Source of the DNA: a virus
Direction: 5' to 3' (one strand)
UHGV virus genome: UHGV-0198106
DNA length: 64,000 nt
The notes below the pieces were generated by a model. The model searched no databases. It saw nothing but the letters and a program-made list of their open reading frames with translations, and had not been told where the DNA came from. Below are positions 40,313-49,384 of this stretch, piece by piece. A program made the position numbers and the translations under genes. Position 1 is the stretch's first letter. Every line of letters begins with the position of its first letter.

Positions 40313-42343
40313 TTAACCTCTATTCAATGAACATTTAGGAGAATTACAATAAACTTGATTCATAGAACCAAGCGTACAACTTTCAGCATCGCGCCACGGA
40401 ATCTGCTTAAAACACTCTGAGCAGTATCCGAGGGTTGACCACATGGCTTTGGTGAAGTCAGTGCTTCGATTTCCGTCGAAGCTGACAACAGTTTTGCGGA
40501 GAGCTGTTCGTGATTCAGGAAACACACCTGCTTTCTCAGCAGGTTCCTCCTTTTTTGGCTTAGTCGAGATTGCAAAAATACTGTTGCCACGTTTCTCAAC
40601 ATAAGCATCAACAACATCTTCCAGAGTGATACCTGTTTGTTTCGCTGAGGAGGGTAATACGGTCATACGACCAATCATTTCCTCAGTTACACGTACAGCA
40701 ATTTCAGGACGACGGGTGTTTGTTGTATCTGTTGCTTTAATCCAGACATAACCATCTTTGATCGTAGCATTAGACACTTTCTTCTTTACTTCTACAGCAC
40801 AGTCTTTACAGATATCTTCACCACGGAGGCGGCTAAGTTCTTCATCGAACTCATTCTCTGTTTTAACCTCACCACAGATTTCACAAACACCGATAGGAGT
40901 CTCCTCCTCTTCTTCCTCTTTAGGTTTAGTCAACCTTTCCAGACACTCGGGATGCCAGTAGCACTGATATGCGAAGACTGCTTTAGGTGCATCCTTCCAA
41001 TCAATGTGCTTGTCACAACCACCACAATCACCATGAGAGTGTGCTTCCCAGAATTTACGAGTGATAGTAACGCCATTCTTGTTGACGAAACTATCATTCA
41101 TGTCAAAAGGGATATCATCATCGAAGTCAGCAGTAGTTGACTCAGGCTCCTTTTTCTCCAGAGATGGGTCAACAAAACGACCTGCTGTGATTACTAAACG
41201 AACCATAGCATCGACTTCGGAGATGCAGGATACTGTCCCACGGTAAACAATTTTAGGGTCTTTCAGGGCATCCTGATAAGCCTTAATGTCTACGTTATGA
41301 ACATCACCTTCAATGTACTCTTGAGATTTCTCATCGTAGATATAACCAATCATCTTACCACGAGAAGGAACAGCACCAGCAGTTGCATAGGGAACAAATT
41401 CATGTGGTGTGATTTCCACAGTCATGTCGCGGCGAATATCAATGTTTCGATCGCTTGCGATTTTGTTTTGACTTACCACTGCGTTTCTTCGACGAACGTC
41501 TGCCGCTGTCACTCCCGGCTTCGTGTCGTAAGGATTGCTTGTACTGCTTTTTGAGGAGCTTTGATAATTGCTTTGGCTGTAGTTGTTCGAGTAGTAACTG
41601 GCCCAACGATTGACTACCGTAAAAACCGGAAGCTCATGGGCGACCTCTTCAACCAGAGTCATGCTGTTGTTTGACATATCAAAGATATATTCTGTACCAA
41701 CTTTACATTCAAAGTGCTCATCAATTCGGTTTTTGTGAGACTTAGAACGCTTCAGAATCCACATCAGCATATCTTCTTCAGAAGCACCAAACCAATCTCT
41801 ATTACAACGTGCGAGATGGAAAGGACGCTCTTCGTTACGAATAATATGAAGACGGTTATCAGAAGCATCATGCCAGATTAAGGTGAAAGCACCATCCAGC
41901 TTTTGAATAGTCTCTGCTGCACCAATAGTGTTAATAGAGTAGCAGATGTTCTCACTGTCTACCTCGAAGTTTTTACTGTCAGGTAACAGATCTTGGTCCA
42001 TCAAGGTTCCGTTATGAACCAGAGTGATGTTACCGTGTTGGAAAGGATGGGCGTTCTTGGCGTTAACTGCACCTTTCGTTGCATGACGACTGTGACCAAC
42101 AATCCATGAAGGTGCTACAGTATAAGATGTTTCACCAGTGGTGTGCTTCTTATACTCATCTTGTAGGATGAATGCGAAAGAGGGAAGAGCTTCCTTATAA
42201 GTGAAGACTTCCTTAGTACTTTTACGCTGACCAAAGATACCAGAGGAATGTTGTCCTCGGAATACCCCAGCATAAAAGAGTTGGTTGAATACGTCTAAAT
42301 CGGTGCTTGACAGATTACCGCCAGCTAATACGATGCCGCAAAT
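40313..42343 (-). CDS. class-II (Ntn) glutamine amidotransferase domain protein with Cys-rich C-terminal region
   Basis: GATase motifs CGIVLAGG, GHSRHATKG, NAHPF, HNGTL are encoded upstream of the first ATG/TTG (track start 42004); frame is open to a TAG at 42347-42349; only start placing Cys at position 2 is ATT 42341-42343, 8 nt after AGGTGGA. Confidence 0.6.
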   Translation of the reverse strand: MCGIVLAGGNLSSTDLDVFNQLFYAGVFRGQHSSGIFGQRKSTKEVFTYKEALPSFAFILQDEYKKHTTGETSYTVAPSWIVGHSRHATKGAVNAKNAHPFQHGNITLVHNGTLMDQDLLPDSKNFEVDSENICYSINTIGAAETIQKLDGAFTLIWHDASDNRLHIIRNEERPFHLARCNRDWFGASEEDMLMWILKRSKSHKNRIDEHFECKVGTEYIFDMSNNSMTLVEEVAHELPVFTVVNRWASYYSNNYSQSNYQSSSKSSTSNPYDTKPGVTAADVRRRNAVVSQNKIASDRNIDIRRDMTVEITPHEFVPYATAGAVPSRGKMIGYIYDEKSQEYIEGDVHNVDIKAYQDALKDPKIVYRGTVSCISEVDAMVRLVITAGRFVDPSLEKKEPESTTADFDDDIPFDMNDSFVNKNGVTITRKFWEAHSHGDCGGCDKHIDWKDAPKAVFAYQCYWHPECLERLTKPKEEEEEETPIGVCEICGEVKTENEFDEELSRLRGEDICKDCAVEVKKKVSNATIKDGYVWIKATDTTNTRRPEIAVRVTEEMIGRMTVLPSSAKQTGITLEDVVDAYVEKRGNSIFAISTKPKKEEPAEKAGVFPESRTALRKTVVSFDGNRSTDFTKAMWSTLGYCSECFKQIPWRDAESCTLGSMNQVYCNSPKCSLNRG

Positions 42344-42422
42344 TTTCTAATCCACCTGAAGGGTAAACCCTTTCATCTAATTAACCTTTAAATTGTGCCC
42401 CTTTATCAGAGGCACCCATTGA

Positions 42423-43526
42423 TTACAGCGCTTGCTCTAACTGATACTCCAGATGATCTGGAATGTACCCTGTGATATTATTATCAATATGGCCTGACTC
42501 ACGAAGTAAGTCAAAGATCTCACGGATACATTGCTCTGGTGCAGATCGTACAGTAGATAGATCTGTTGTATTAAGCATGACCAAAATCTCTTGGTACAAG
42601 TTGTTAGCATTCCCTCGGACATATCCAAGGTATCCATAGAAGTCTGAGATAAGACGTAAGTCAACAAGAACTTCTCCACTTGGGTTGGTTCGACGTAAAC
42701 GAATACGACCAGACTGCTCTACTTCATGAGAACGGCAGTACAAAACATCACGGGCCATACAATACCCTGAATGCAAATCCAATTCATCCAGACTGTAATC
42801 TAGTGGAAGATAAGGAAGCATTGGGGCAAATCGTACAGTATTTAAATGCTCGATAAACTGATCATTGCTCATCTCTGCGTTATCTAAAGCCAGCTTCTTC
42901 AACATTAAGAAGCGGTTAACCAGATTGAGAAGTTGACCACGTTTCCACTTAGGCTCACTGATACGGAACTCGATCGAACCATATTGGGCAAGTGGCAGAA
43001 GGTTCAGAGATGTATATTTATCCCATGAACGAACCAGACGGTTGAAGAACTCTTCATCGTCGTAGTTAAATGCGTCAGAGGCATTCATTACCTGTGCTTG
43101 TACCACTGCGAAAGCAGGGCAGAAGTTGCTACGGTAACGATGGTAGCCTGAACACTTGAACAACATCTTTTCATAGAAGGTCCAAGCTAGAATGGTCTTC
43201 TTGAGGATATTACTATCAGCATCCCTCATATCCATATGAACGTGAGTAGAGCAACGCCAAGTCCCCTCGGCGTGCGATTCAGCTACTGCTTCACTCAGGT
43301 TGTTGATAGCGTCTAACAACTCCTGTCCGTTGTAAGGTCGTGAACATACCATTTCACAACCGTTACGCAGGGAACCATCCTCTGTGCAATCCCACATATC
43401 TGCTTCGATATGTTCAGAACCTTCGAGTTCAAGTTCAATACCGACACCGCACTGAAGTGCAATTGAACTATGCGCCTCAGTTAAACGACCTTCTCGATAT
43501 CCAAAAGTTTGCGCTACAGTTGTCAT
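42423..43526 (-). CDS. glutamine-synthetase-fold carboxylate-amine ligase-like protein (amidoligase candidate)
   Basis: N-terminal GVGIELELEG resembling the G-I-E-x-E motif of GCS2/YbdK-type ligases. Confidence 0.45.
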   Translation of the reverse strand: MTTVAQTFGYREGRLTEAHSSIALQCGVGIELELEGSEHIEADMWDCTEDGSLRNGCEMVCSRPYNGQELLDAINNLSEAVAESHAEGTWRCSTHVHMDMRDADSNILKKTILAWTFYEKMLFKCSGYHRYRSNFCPAFAVVQAQVMNASDAFNYDDEEFFNRLVRSWDKYTSLNLLPLAQYGSIEFRISEPKWKRGQLLNLVNRFLMLKKLALDNAEMSNDQFIEHLNTVRFAPMLPYLPLDYSLDELDLHSGYCMARDVLYCRSHEVEQSGRIRLRRTNPSGEVLVDLRLISDFYGYLGYVRGNANNLYQEILVMLNTTDLSTVRSAPEQCIREIFDLLRESGHIDNNITGYIPDHLEYQLEQAL

Positions 43527-44140
43527 AACGAATCCACCAACGTAATATTATAATTGCTAAGGTTTTCAGAGATGTGATGAAAATGTTCCAGAAGTCGCAT
43601 CGGTTGCTGACCGTAAGAGTCACGAGGTGCTTCCAGATCTACCTGACCTACCCGTGCACCTTTATAATGCACTTTACCATCTGTAGGGTTGATGTAAATG
43701 TAACGAGTAACCAATCCATCAAATTCAGGATTGAATAGACTGTAAACCATTTCCCCAGAGATAGAACGACCAACCCCCGGAGCATTTCGAATCTTGTTAC
43801 CCACCAAACCCTTCGCTCTCTGACGAACAGGGTTGATATGAGTCCAGCTTACAGTGTTACCATTATGGAACAGATAGCCAACATCAGGTGATTCAAGAAT
43901 CAAGGTTGGGTCAAACACTGGAATATTCATCGTAGTGTTTCGGAGAATCCCGTTCTCATTCTTGTACCATTGCTCTACAACAAAGTACAGAGCTTGTTCT
44001 GCTTCATGTGAGAAGTCGTCGCTGCGGAAGTTACCTCTCTGCTCAACACCAATCACAAAACAGGGAAGGTTGATGTTGCCTGCTCGTTTAGCAATCCATG
44101 TGCCACTATAGTAATGAGAAAAATCAGCTACTAAGCTCAC
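43523..44140 (-). CDS. hypothetical protein (amidoligase-operon member)
   Basis: Track ORF, 205 aa; 4-nt overlap with upstream gene. Confidence 0.45.
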   Translation of the reverse strand: MSLVADFSHYYSGTWIAKRAGNINLPCFVIGVEQRGNFRSDDFSHEAEQALYFVVEQWYKNENGILRNTTMNIPVFDPTLILESPDVGYLFHNGNTVSWTHINPVRQRAKGLVGNKIRNAPGVGRSISGEMVYSLFNPEFDGLVTRYIYINPTDGKVHYKGARVGQVDLEAPRDSYGQQPMRLLEHFHHISENLSNYNITLVDSL

Positions 44141-44149
44141 GATAACCTC

Positions 44150-44956
44150 TTATGCTACCTGAAGGAGTTTGATCTGCTGGTCCGCTTCTTTAACGTTATT
44201 ACCGTTAATAATTTCGTGAAGCTTCTCAATCGGAAGACGAGAGTGCAATGCCATCAGAGTGGACATATCACACTGCTGAACAACCTTGTCAACCTGATCG
44301 TAAACAAACTTACGATTTTCACGATCGTTAATCCAGAAGTTGGACAGTGAACGGTATTCAATACCGTAGTCCTTATAACGGATTGCAGATGCTTTGCCAT
44401 AAAGTTCTTTACGGCGAGTATCTTTATCCATGATAACTGCTGGGAGTGATAGGAAGTAGTCACACAGCACACCCAGCATCATCTGAGTTTGCAGAGTGAT
44501 ATCCAAAGAACCAACTACGCCAAGATGTACGTGACCACCGGCAGTACGAAGCCCCTTGTTCTGAGAAGTCGGGGATGGATTCTTCTGACCAGTGAAAGCG
44601 TTGAAATCAGGAGTACATCCGAAGATGAACGCTGATTCATTGAAAGTCTTCATCTCCTCTTCAGTGAAGATGTGAGAGCTAACACCCGGAGCTGTTTCCA
44701 TGTCCAGTTTGTTCAGGACTCTATTGGTGAGATCAATACCACGTTGCATGTTATCATTAAACGCTTCAAAACCGCTCTGTGGGTCAATATCAAACTCAGC
44801 CAATACGTTGTCCTCTTGAAGACGAACATCCTTAGCCAGAGCGATCTTATCGTCCTTAGAGCAGCCTAGAAGACCGGCTACAGAGGTGATGATTCCGTTG
44901 CTAGTACGAACGAAGAGCTCAGGGTCGCTGCCTATTAAGAATTTGCGCTTAGTCAT
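44150..44956 (-). CDS. second GS-fold amidoligase-like candidate
   Basis: N-terminal FLIGSDPELFV resembling the G-x-[DE]-x-E-[LF]-F motif of GS-fold ligases; weak. Confidence 0.35.
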   Translation of the reverse strand: MTKRKFLIGSDPELFVRTSNGIITSVAGLLGCSKDDKIALAKDVRLQEDNVLAEFDIDPQSGFEAFNDNMQRGIDLTNRVLNKLDMETAPGVSSHIFTEEEMKTFNESAFIFGCTPDFNAFTGQKNPSPTSQNKGLRTAGGHVHLGVVGSLDITLQTQMMLGVLCDYFLSLPAVIMDKDTRRKELYGKASAIRYKDYGIEYRSLSNFWINDRENRKFVYDQVDKVVQQCDMSTLMALHSRLPIEKLHEIINGNNVKEADQQIKLLQVA

Positions 44957-45920
44957 TGTAATACTCCACTAGTTCAGAAAAGAGAGATGAGATTGTGTTA
45001 CCAACTTCTTCAGTCGTAAGGCCAGAAGTTGGACCAGTACGCTGAATCAATCGGGCTGTAAAGTTTTGTACTGTAATGTTTTCCAACTTATTGTCTATTG
45101 TTTCACGTTTGTGACCATGACAGCTGGACCAGAGTCTTAACCACTCTGACATTGTTTCATACTCGTCCGGGTCTTGATCTTTAGCACGAGCAAATCTTCG
45201 TAAGGCATCTTGGTTATGGTTGCGAACATAACCGTCCTTGTTGTCACCAACACCGAAGGGGTTTTGAACCCACACTTGTTTCGTGTATTCATCAGAGTCT
45301 ACAACCAAAGGAAGGAATGCTGCTGCTGACATATTGTTGTTAATAACAATGGATGTGTTCTCTCCACTCCCATTGGAGGTTCCTCGTTGAGACCATCCAC
45401 CGAAGAAGTCTCGACCTAACCCAGCTAACACTAGAGCAATTCCGATGCGTTTACGCTTCAGCCACTCTTCCCTGTCTTCAATTCCTTCTGATAGGAAATC
45501 CATTCCACGATACTGCCCTTCCAGAATACTACGGAAGAGCATAAGTCCTGTGAAGATTTGATCTGCTGGATGCTCACGGAGGTTGACAGCAACACTATTC
45601 GCTGAAGTGATCGTAAATACATCACGATAGCAAGACATAGAGTTCATAATGTCTGCTGTTTCAACCAAGTTCTTTTCAATGTCAGATGCAGCGAGACCAT
45701 GAAAAGAGTGAGTCCAGTAATTCAACATCTCCAATTGCAAGTTGATATCACGGTTGAAGCGTTTATGAATCCCTTCTTCCATTACAGAGTCGCCATTAAT
45801 GTCATTTATGACTTGGCCTTGCATGTAGTTGTGAATACCGAAGCACCCACGACCTAAGAACTTCTGTTCCCCTAAATCTTGTTGAAGATTCAGAGGTACG
45901 ATCGTTGTGGAGATTGACAT
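44949..45920 (-). CDS. hypothetical protein (amidoligase-operon member)
   Basis: Track ORF, 323 aa; overlaps downstream gene by 8 nt. Confidence 0.45.
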   Translation of the reverse strand: MSISTTIVPLNLQQDLGEQKFLGRGCFGIHNYMQGQVINDINGDSVMEEGIHKRFNRDINLQLEMLNYWTHSFHGLAASDIEKNLVETADIMNSMSCYRDVFTITSANSVAVNLREHPADQIFTGLMLFRSILEGQYRGMDFLSEGIEDREEWLKRKRIGIALVLAGLGRDFFGGWSQRGTSNGSGENTSIVINNNMSAAAFLPLVVDSDEYTKQVWVQNPFGVGDNKDGYVRNHNQDALRRFARAKDQDPDEYETMSEWLRLWSSCHGHKRETIDNKLENITVQNFTARLIQRTGPTSGLTTEEVGNTISSLFSELVEYYND

Positions 45921-45930
45921 AACTAACCTT

Positions 45931-47130
45931 TTATTTTCCTAAAAATAATCCGCTCATAATACCATCCCATTCAGAGGATGGAACCACTGAATACTCCGAA
46001 CTTTGGTCCAGAGTTCCACTACTAAATCGCTGAATAATGTTATAGATGTTGAACATATCCTTAGTCTCGATACGATTACCGTAGAGTAATTTGTCAGCTG
46101 TTCTTTCACCTTTAGATACCCGACGAACAAAGTTAACCAGAAGGTTGTCACATTCAAGTGTTTCTGATCCACTCTTTACTAAATCGGGGTGCATCACCGG
46201 CAAGAACATTGAGTTATTAACTCGTAAATCTGATGTTTCGTTATTTTCATAACTAATCCATTTAAAATCTTCATCACGGAAGTGACCACAACCATGATTG
46301 TACGACTGCTGACGCCAAGGCACTTTAAATGCTTCAGTATACTTATCAGCCATACCAACTGTAAACAGTGATGCTGGGAAGATACAAGCATCCCAATCAT
46401 TACCAACCAGAGTTGTTTTTGTTTCTCCTAAGAGGTTAGTGTAAGTGCTAACCATTCGTGAGTAAACATAGGCCTGAAGGATTGTCCAGCCTTCAACCAA
46501 CCATTTATGAAGGAAGGTTTCAACCTGACTCTCTTCATCTTCACAATAGAAGGTTCGGTCTAACATCAAATAGAACAGACAACGGTCAGCATGGACATTC
46601 TCAGTTGCTACACCCATAAAACCTTTTTCGTGCCAGCGTAAACAGGAGGGACGGTCTTTGTCCACAAATGCTTCCATAGCTTCCAGTACAGCACGAGGTG
46701 TGGTTTGATACTCAGGGTTTTTGTCATTCCAACGTTCAATGTTATTTTTAAGCTCACCTTCCTGATCAATATTACCCCAACCCAACCCTTTGGTTACAGG
46801 CTTTTTGTCACGATAACTCAGAAAACCTAACATATCTAAGTGGGTTCCAGAGTTCCAGATATGTTTAATATCGCACATATCCATCTCGTCACTTAACAGG
46901 CAGTCTTGCCCATCTGCACTACGAATATTAGATGCTTCGCTCCAAACCTTAACGTGCATATTCCACCCACGAGTTGCCTCATAGGTGTTAGGTTCAAAAT
47001 ATTCATCGTATTTGCCATCATCACCTTCATCAGCACCACCGTTATAGTTGCGGAGCTGAAGGAATCCATAGCAAGGAGGATAAACCGTTAAAACATTACC
47101 TTCAGTATCTTCTAATGTTACTGGAAACAT
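45931..47130 (-). CDS. hypothetical protein (amidoligase-operon member)
   Basis: Track ORF, 399 aa; Cys/His/Trp-rich. Confidence 0.45.
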   Translation of the reverse strand: MFPVTLEDTEGNVLTVYPPCYGFLQLRNYNGGADEGDDGKYDEYFEPNTYEATRGWNMHVKVWSEASNIRSADGQDCLLSDEMDMCDIKHIWNSGTHLDMLGFLSYRDKKPVTKGLGWGNIDQEGELKNNIERWNDKNPEYQTTPRAVLEAMEAFVDKDRPSCLRWHEKGFMGVATENVHADRCLFYLMLDRTFYCEDEESQVETFLHKWLVEGWTILQAYVYSRMVSTYTNLLGETKTTLVGNDWDACIFPASLFTVGMADKYTEAFKVPWRQQSYNHGCGHFRDEDFKWISYENNETSDLRVNNSMFLPVMHPDLVKSGSETLECDNLLVNFVRRVSKGERTADKLLYGNRIETKDMFNIYNIIQRFSSGTLDQSSEYSVVPSSEWDGIMSGLFLGK

Positions 47131-47141
47131 TGTACCAACCT

Positions 47142-47504
47142 CTATTGGTTTTTAATCAACTCAATTGACTTACGGATATAAAGAATATCTCGGAAGTTTC
47201 TGTAGTTGTTCATAAATTGGTGCTTCTGAAACTCAGCTTCAAGCAGAGCTTCTTTAGCACTTTCGTAGTTCTGGCGGGCAAGATGTACAACCCGCTCTGG
47301 TAACGTGTTTGCGCGACGTATAACATACTTGTGAGCTTTCATATTACTTTGCTCACGAGCAATCTTACTTTTCGCTACCGTAATACCATTTGCAATCCAA
47401 GCAAGCTCTTGCTCAAGTTCTTCGTTGGACATACCACCGAGGTTTGATGCAACCTTGTTCAGAGTTTCAATATTAACGTTGCCCTTAATGGGACGTGTAT
47501 TCAT
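47142..47504 (-). CDS. hypothetical protein
   Basis: Track ORF, 120 aa, helical. Confidence 0.45.
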   Translation of the reverse strand: MNTRPIKGNVNIETLNKVASNLGGMSNEELEQELAWIANGITVAKSKIAREQSNMKAHKYVIRRANTLPERVVHLARQNYESAKEALLEAEFQKHQFMNNYRNFRDILYIRKSIELIKNQ

Positions 47505-47506
47505 GC

Positions 47507-47659
47507 TTACTCCTGTTGTTTACACTCGTCAATAATCCACTGATAAGTGGATTGCCCAGAAAAGAAACACTGAATAAATCCAGATGTTCTCTGCGTTACC
47601 AGTGCTAGTGCACAAATCACTACCGCTGCTGCTAGCAGTTTTAAATCTAATTTAGACAT
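47507..47659 (-). CDS. small membrane protein (50 aa)
   Basis: Not in track; AGAGAGGAAAT then ATG; MSKLDLKLLAAAVVICALALV... hydrophobic helix. Confidence 0.35.
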   Translation of the reverse strand: MSKLDLKLLAAAVVICALALVTQRTSGFIQCFFSGQSTYQWIIDECKQQE

Positions 47660-47678
47660 ATTTCCTCTCTTTGAATTT

Positions 47679-47703
47679 AAAAAAGGACTCTCCGAAAAGA
47701 GTC
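47679..47703 (-). terminator. rho-independent terminator
   Basis: On minus strand GACUCU-uuucgg-AGAGUC followed by UUUUUU. Confidence 0.7.
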
Positions 47704-47885
47704 AAGCTTTAAACACAAAAAGATATTACCCAATATCTGTGGATAACCTGCTCTTAAAATATCTATCCGACGGATGTTTGAGGAATACTCCTCGCCCTAG
47801 CATCGGCCCCATACGGGAAATATATTAAGATTAGGTTAGTTGAGTCAGAATAACTCACATAGCCCTCCGAAGAAGGCTATAGGTG

Positions 47886-48119
47886 TTACTCACCTTTCTT
47901 GGTACGGTCTTTGGCAGTTTTGCCAGTGCGGATGCGATGAGAAACGTTAACCAGAGTGCCACCATCAACTACGGTAACGCTCTTGTTTTTAGCCAGATCG
48001 AACACAGTTTTCTCTGTGCCACCCAAGCGAATTTGCTTAGATTCGCTGAAGGTTTGGGTTGATTTGGATTGGAACTGGAACGGTTGACGGATTGCATCAA
48101 TTGCACTTACTTTAGACAT
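47886..48119 (-). CDS. hypothetical protein
   Basis: Track ORF, 77 aa; AAGGAA upstream of ATG. Confidence 0.4.
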   Translation of the reverse strand: MSKVSAIDAIRQPFQFQSKSTQTFSESKQIRLGGTEKTVFDLAKNKSVTVVDGGTLVNVSHRIRTGKTAKDRTKKGE

Positions 48120-48270
48120 AGGGGAAATTCCTTAAAAATTATGGCTGCGTAGAGGGAATTCCCTACGCAAATTGGGCCGCCTAAAAAGAGGCGTCATAGT
48201 ACTAAAAGGAGGAGAGAAGAGGGCTTATTTAGCTACCTTTTTCTGTCCGTTTACGAACCGAATAATTACG

Positions 48271-48516
48271 CTACTCCTGAACCACTGACATGCGAATCAT
48301 TTCCACCTGAGTATCAGCACCTTTAGCACATAAGACCCCTGTGAGAAGATTTACCACAGTAATCCAACCGTTAACTACACTAATATTGCTAGAAGTGTTT
48401 TCAACTCTCATGTAATATTGAGGAGATGCTGAGCCACGTTGAATTACGAATGGGTTTCCGGGAATGATAGTAGACAAGGAAACAGTATTATCTTTAATCT
48501 TGGGAATGATCTTCAC
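48271..48516 (-). CDS. hypothetical protein
   Basis: Track ORF, 81 aa. Confidence 0.4.
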   Translation of the reverse strand: MKIIPKIKDNTVSLSTIIPGNPFVIQRGSASPQYYMRVENTSSNISVVNGWITVVNLLTGVLCAKGADTQVEMIRMSVVQE

Positions 48517-48524
48517 ATTGATTC

Positions 48525-48836
48525 CTATTTAAGTTTGAGGCTAATATTAAGGTGCATACATGCCCTGTTCTGTACAGCAGCATAACTTCTACCGAGCATG
48601 TCAGCCATTCTCTGAATAGACATGAACCCGGCATTACGGATAACAAACTGATCTTCTTCTTCAGACCACTTCAATCGAGCTTTAGCACGAGAGATTTTAA
48701 AACGAGAACACGCAGCATTAATAATCTGTGCTGTTGTTCCCATCATGACAGCCGTTTCTTCAACAGAATGTTCACTGATAAGCTTCTTCAGCAAATCAAT
48801 CTGCCAAGGAGTCCATTGGATTTGTGCGGGTTTCAT
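48525..48836 (-). CDS. Myb/SANT-like two-repeat DNA-binding protein candidate
   Basis: Trimmed to ATG 48836 after TAGGAGG; two W-x-x-[EQ]-x-D-x-L...G-x-[ST]...A...R repeats (WTPWQIDLL..., WSEEEDQFV...GRSYAAVQNR). Confidence 0.45.
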   Translation of the reverse strand: MKPAQIQWTPWQIDLLKKLISEHSVEETAVMMGTTAQIINAACSRFKISRAKARLKWSEEEDQFVIRNAGFMSIQRMADMLGRSYAAVQNRACMHLNISLKLK

Positions 48837-48857
48837 ATAACCTCCTATTAAACATTT

Positions 48858-48886
48858 ATATAAGACTTGCTTAGATAAAGATTCAA
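48858..48886 (-). promoter_or_regulatory. sigma70-like promoter for the Myb-like gene
   Basis: On minus strand TTGAAT-17 nt-TTATAT about 20 nt upstream of the RBS. Confidence 0.4.
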
Positions 48887-49153
48887 TAAAATAGGGGGAG
48901 GGGACGAATCCTCCCATATCCTATTAATTAAGTTTGCATGTAAGATCTAACAATCGGTTGCCTTTGTAGGAATAAGCGTTATGCTAATCCAGCACTAAAC
49001 TCCCGCCCCCCTTAGTGGGCTGGGTTATTAAAGGGTAACGCCCCTTATGGGCTAGTTACGTGAATGTTAGTTTGATAGGAGATCTGAAGTCCTATCTCAA
49101 AGGACTCTCGTAAGAATCCTTCACGATAGTCACGATTTGATCATGGTAACTCT

Positions 49154-49375
49154 CTAATAAACTAAACCTACAACCTTTGCATCAGCTTGAGGAGTGACTT
49201 CAGCGGCTGGACGAAAACCATCAACAACACCGTTGCCAATGTTGATGCAGGTGATATACCCTCCAACCACTTGATTACCCTTAATCCAAAAAACCTCCCC
49301 ATGTCTAAAAGCACTTCCGATAGGAAGTGAGGACAGAGGGACTACTGGCAATGATTGCTCAGCTTCTAACAACAT
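49154..49375 (-). CDS. hypothetical protein
   Basis: Track ORF, 73 aa; AAGGAG then ATG. Confidence 0.45.
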   Translation of the reverse strand: MLLEAEQSLPVVPLSSLPIGSAFRHGEVFWIKGNQVVGGYITCINIGNGVVDGFRPAAEVTPQADAKVVGLVY

Positions 49376-49384
49376 AATAACTCC

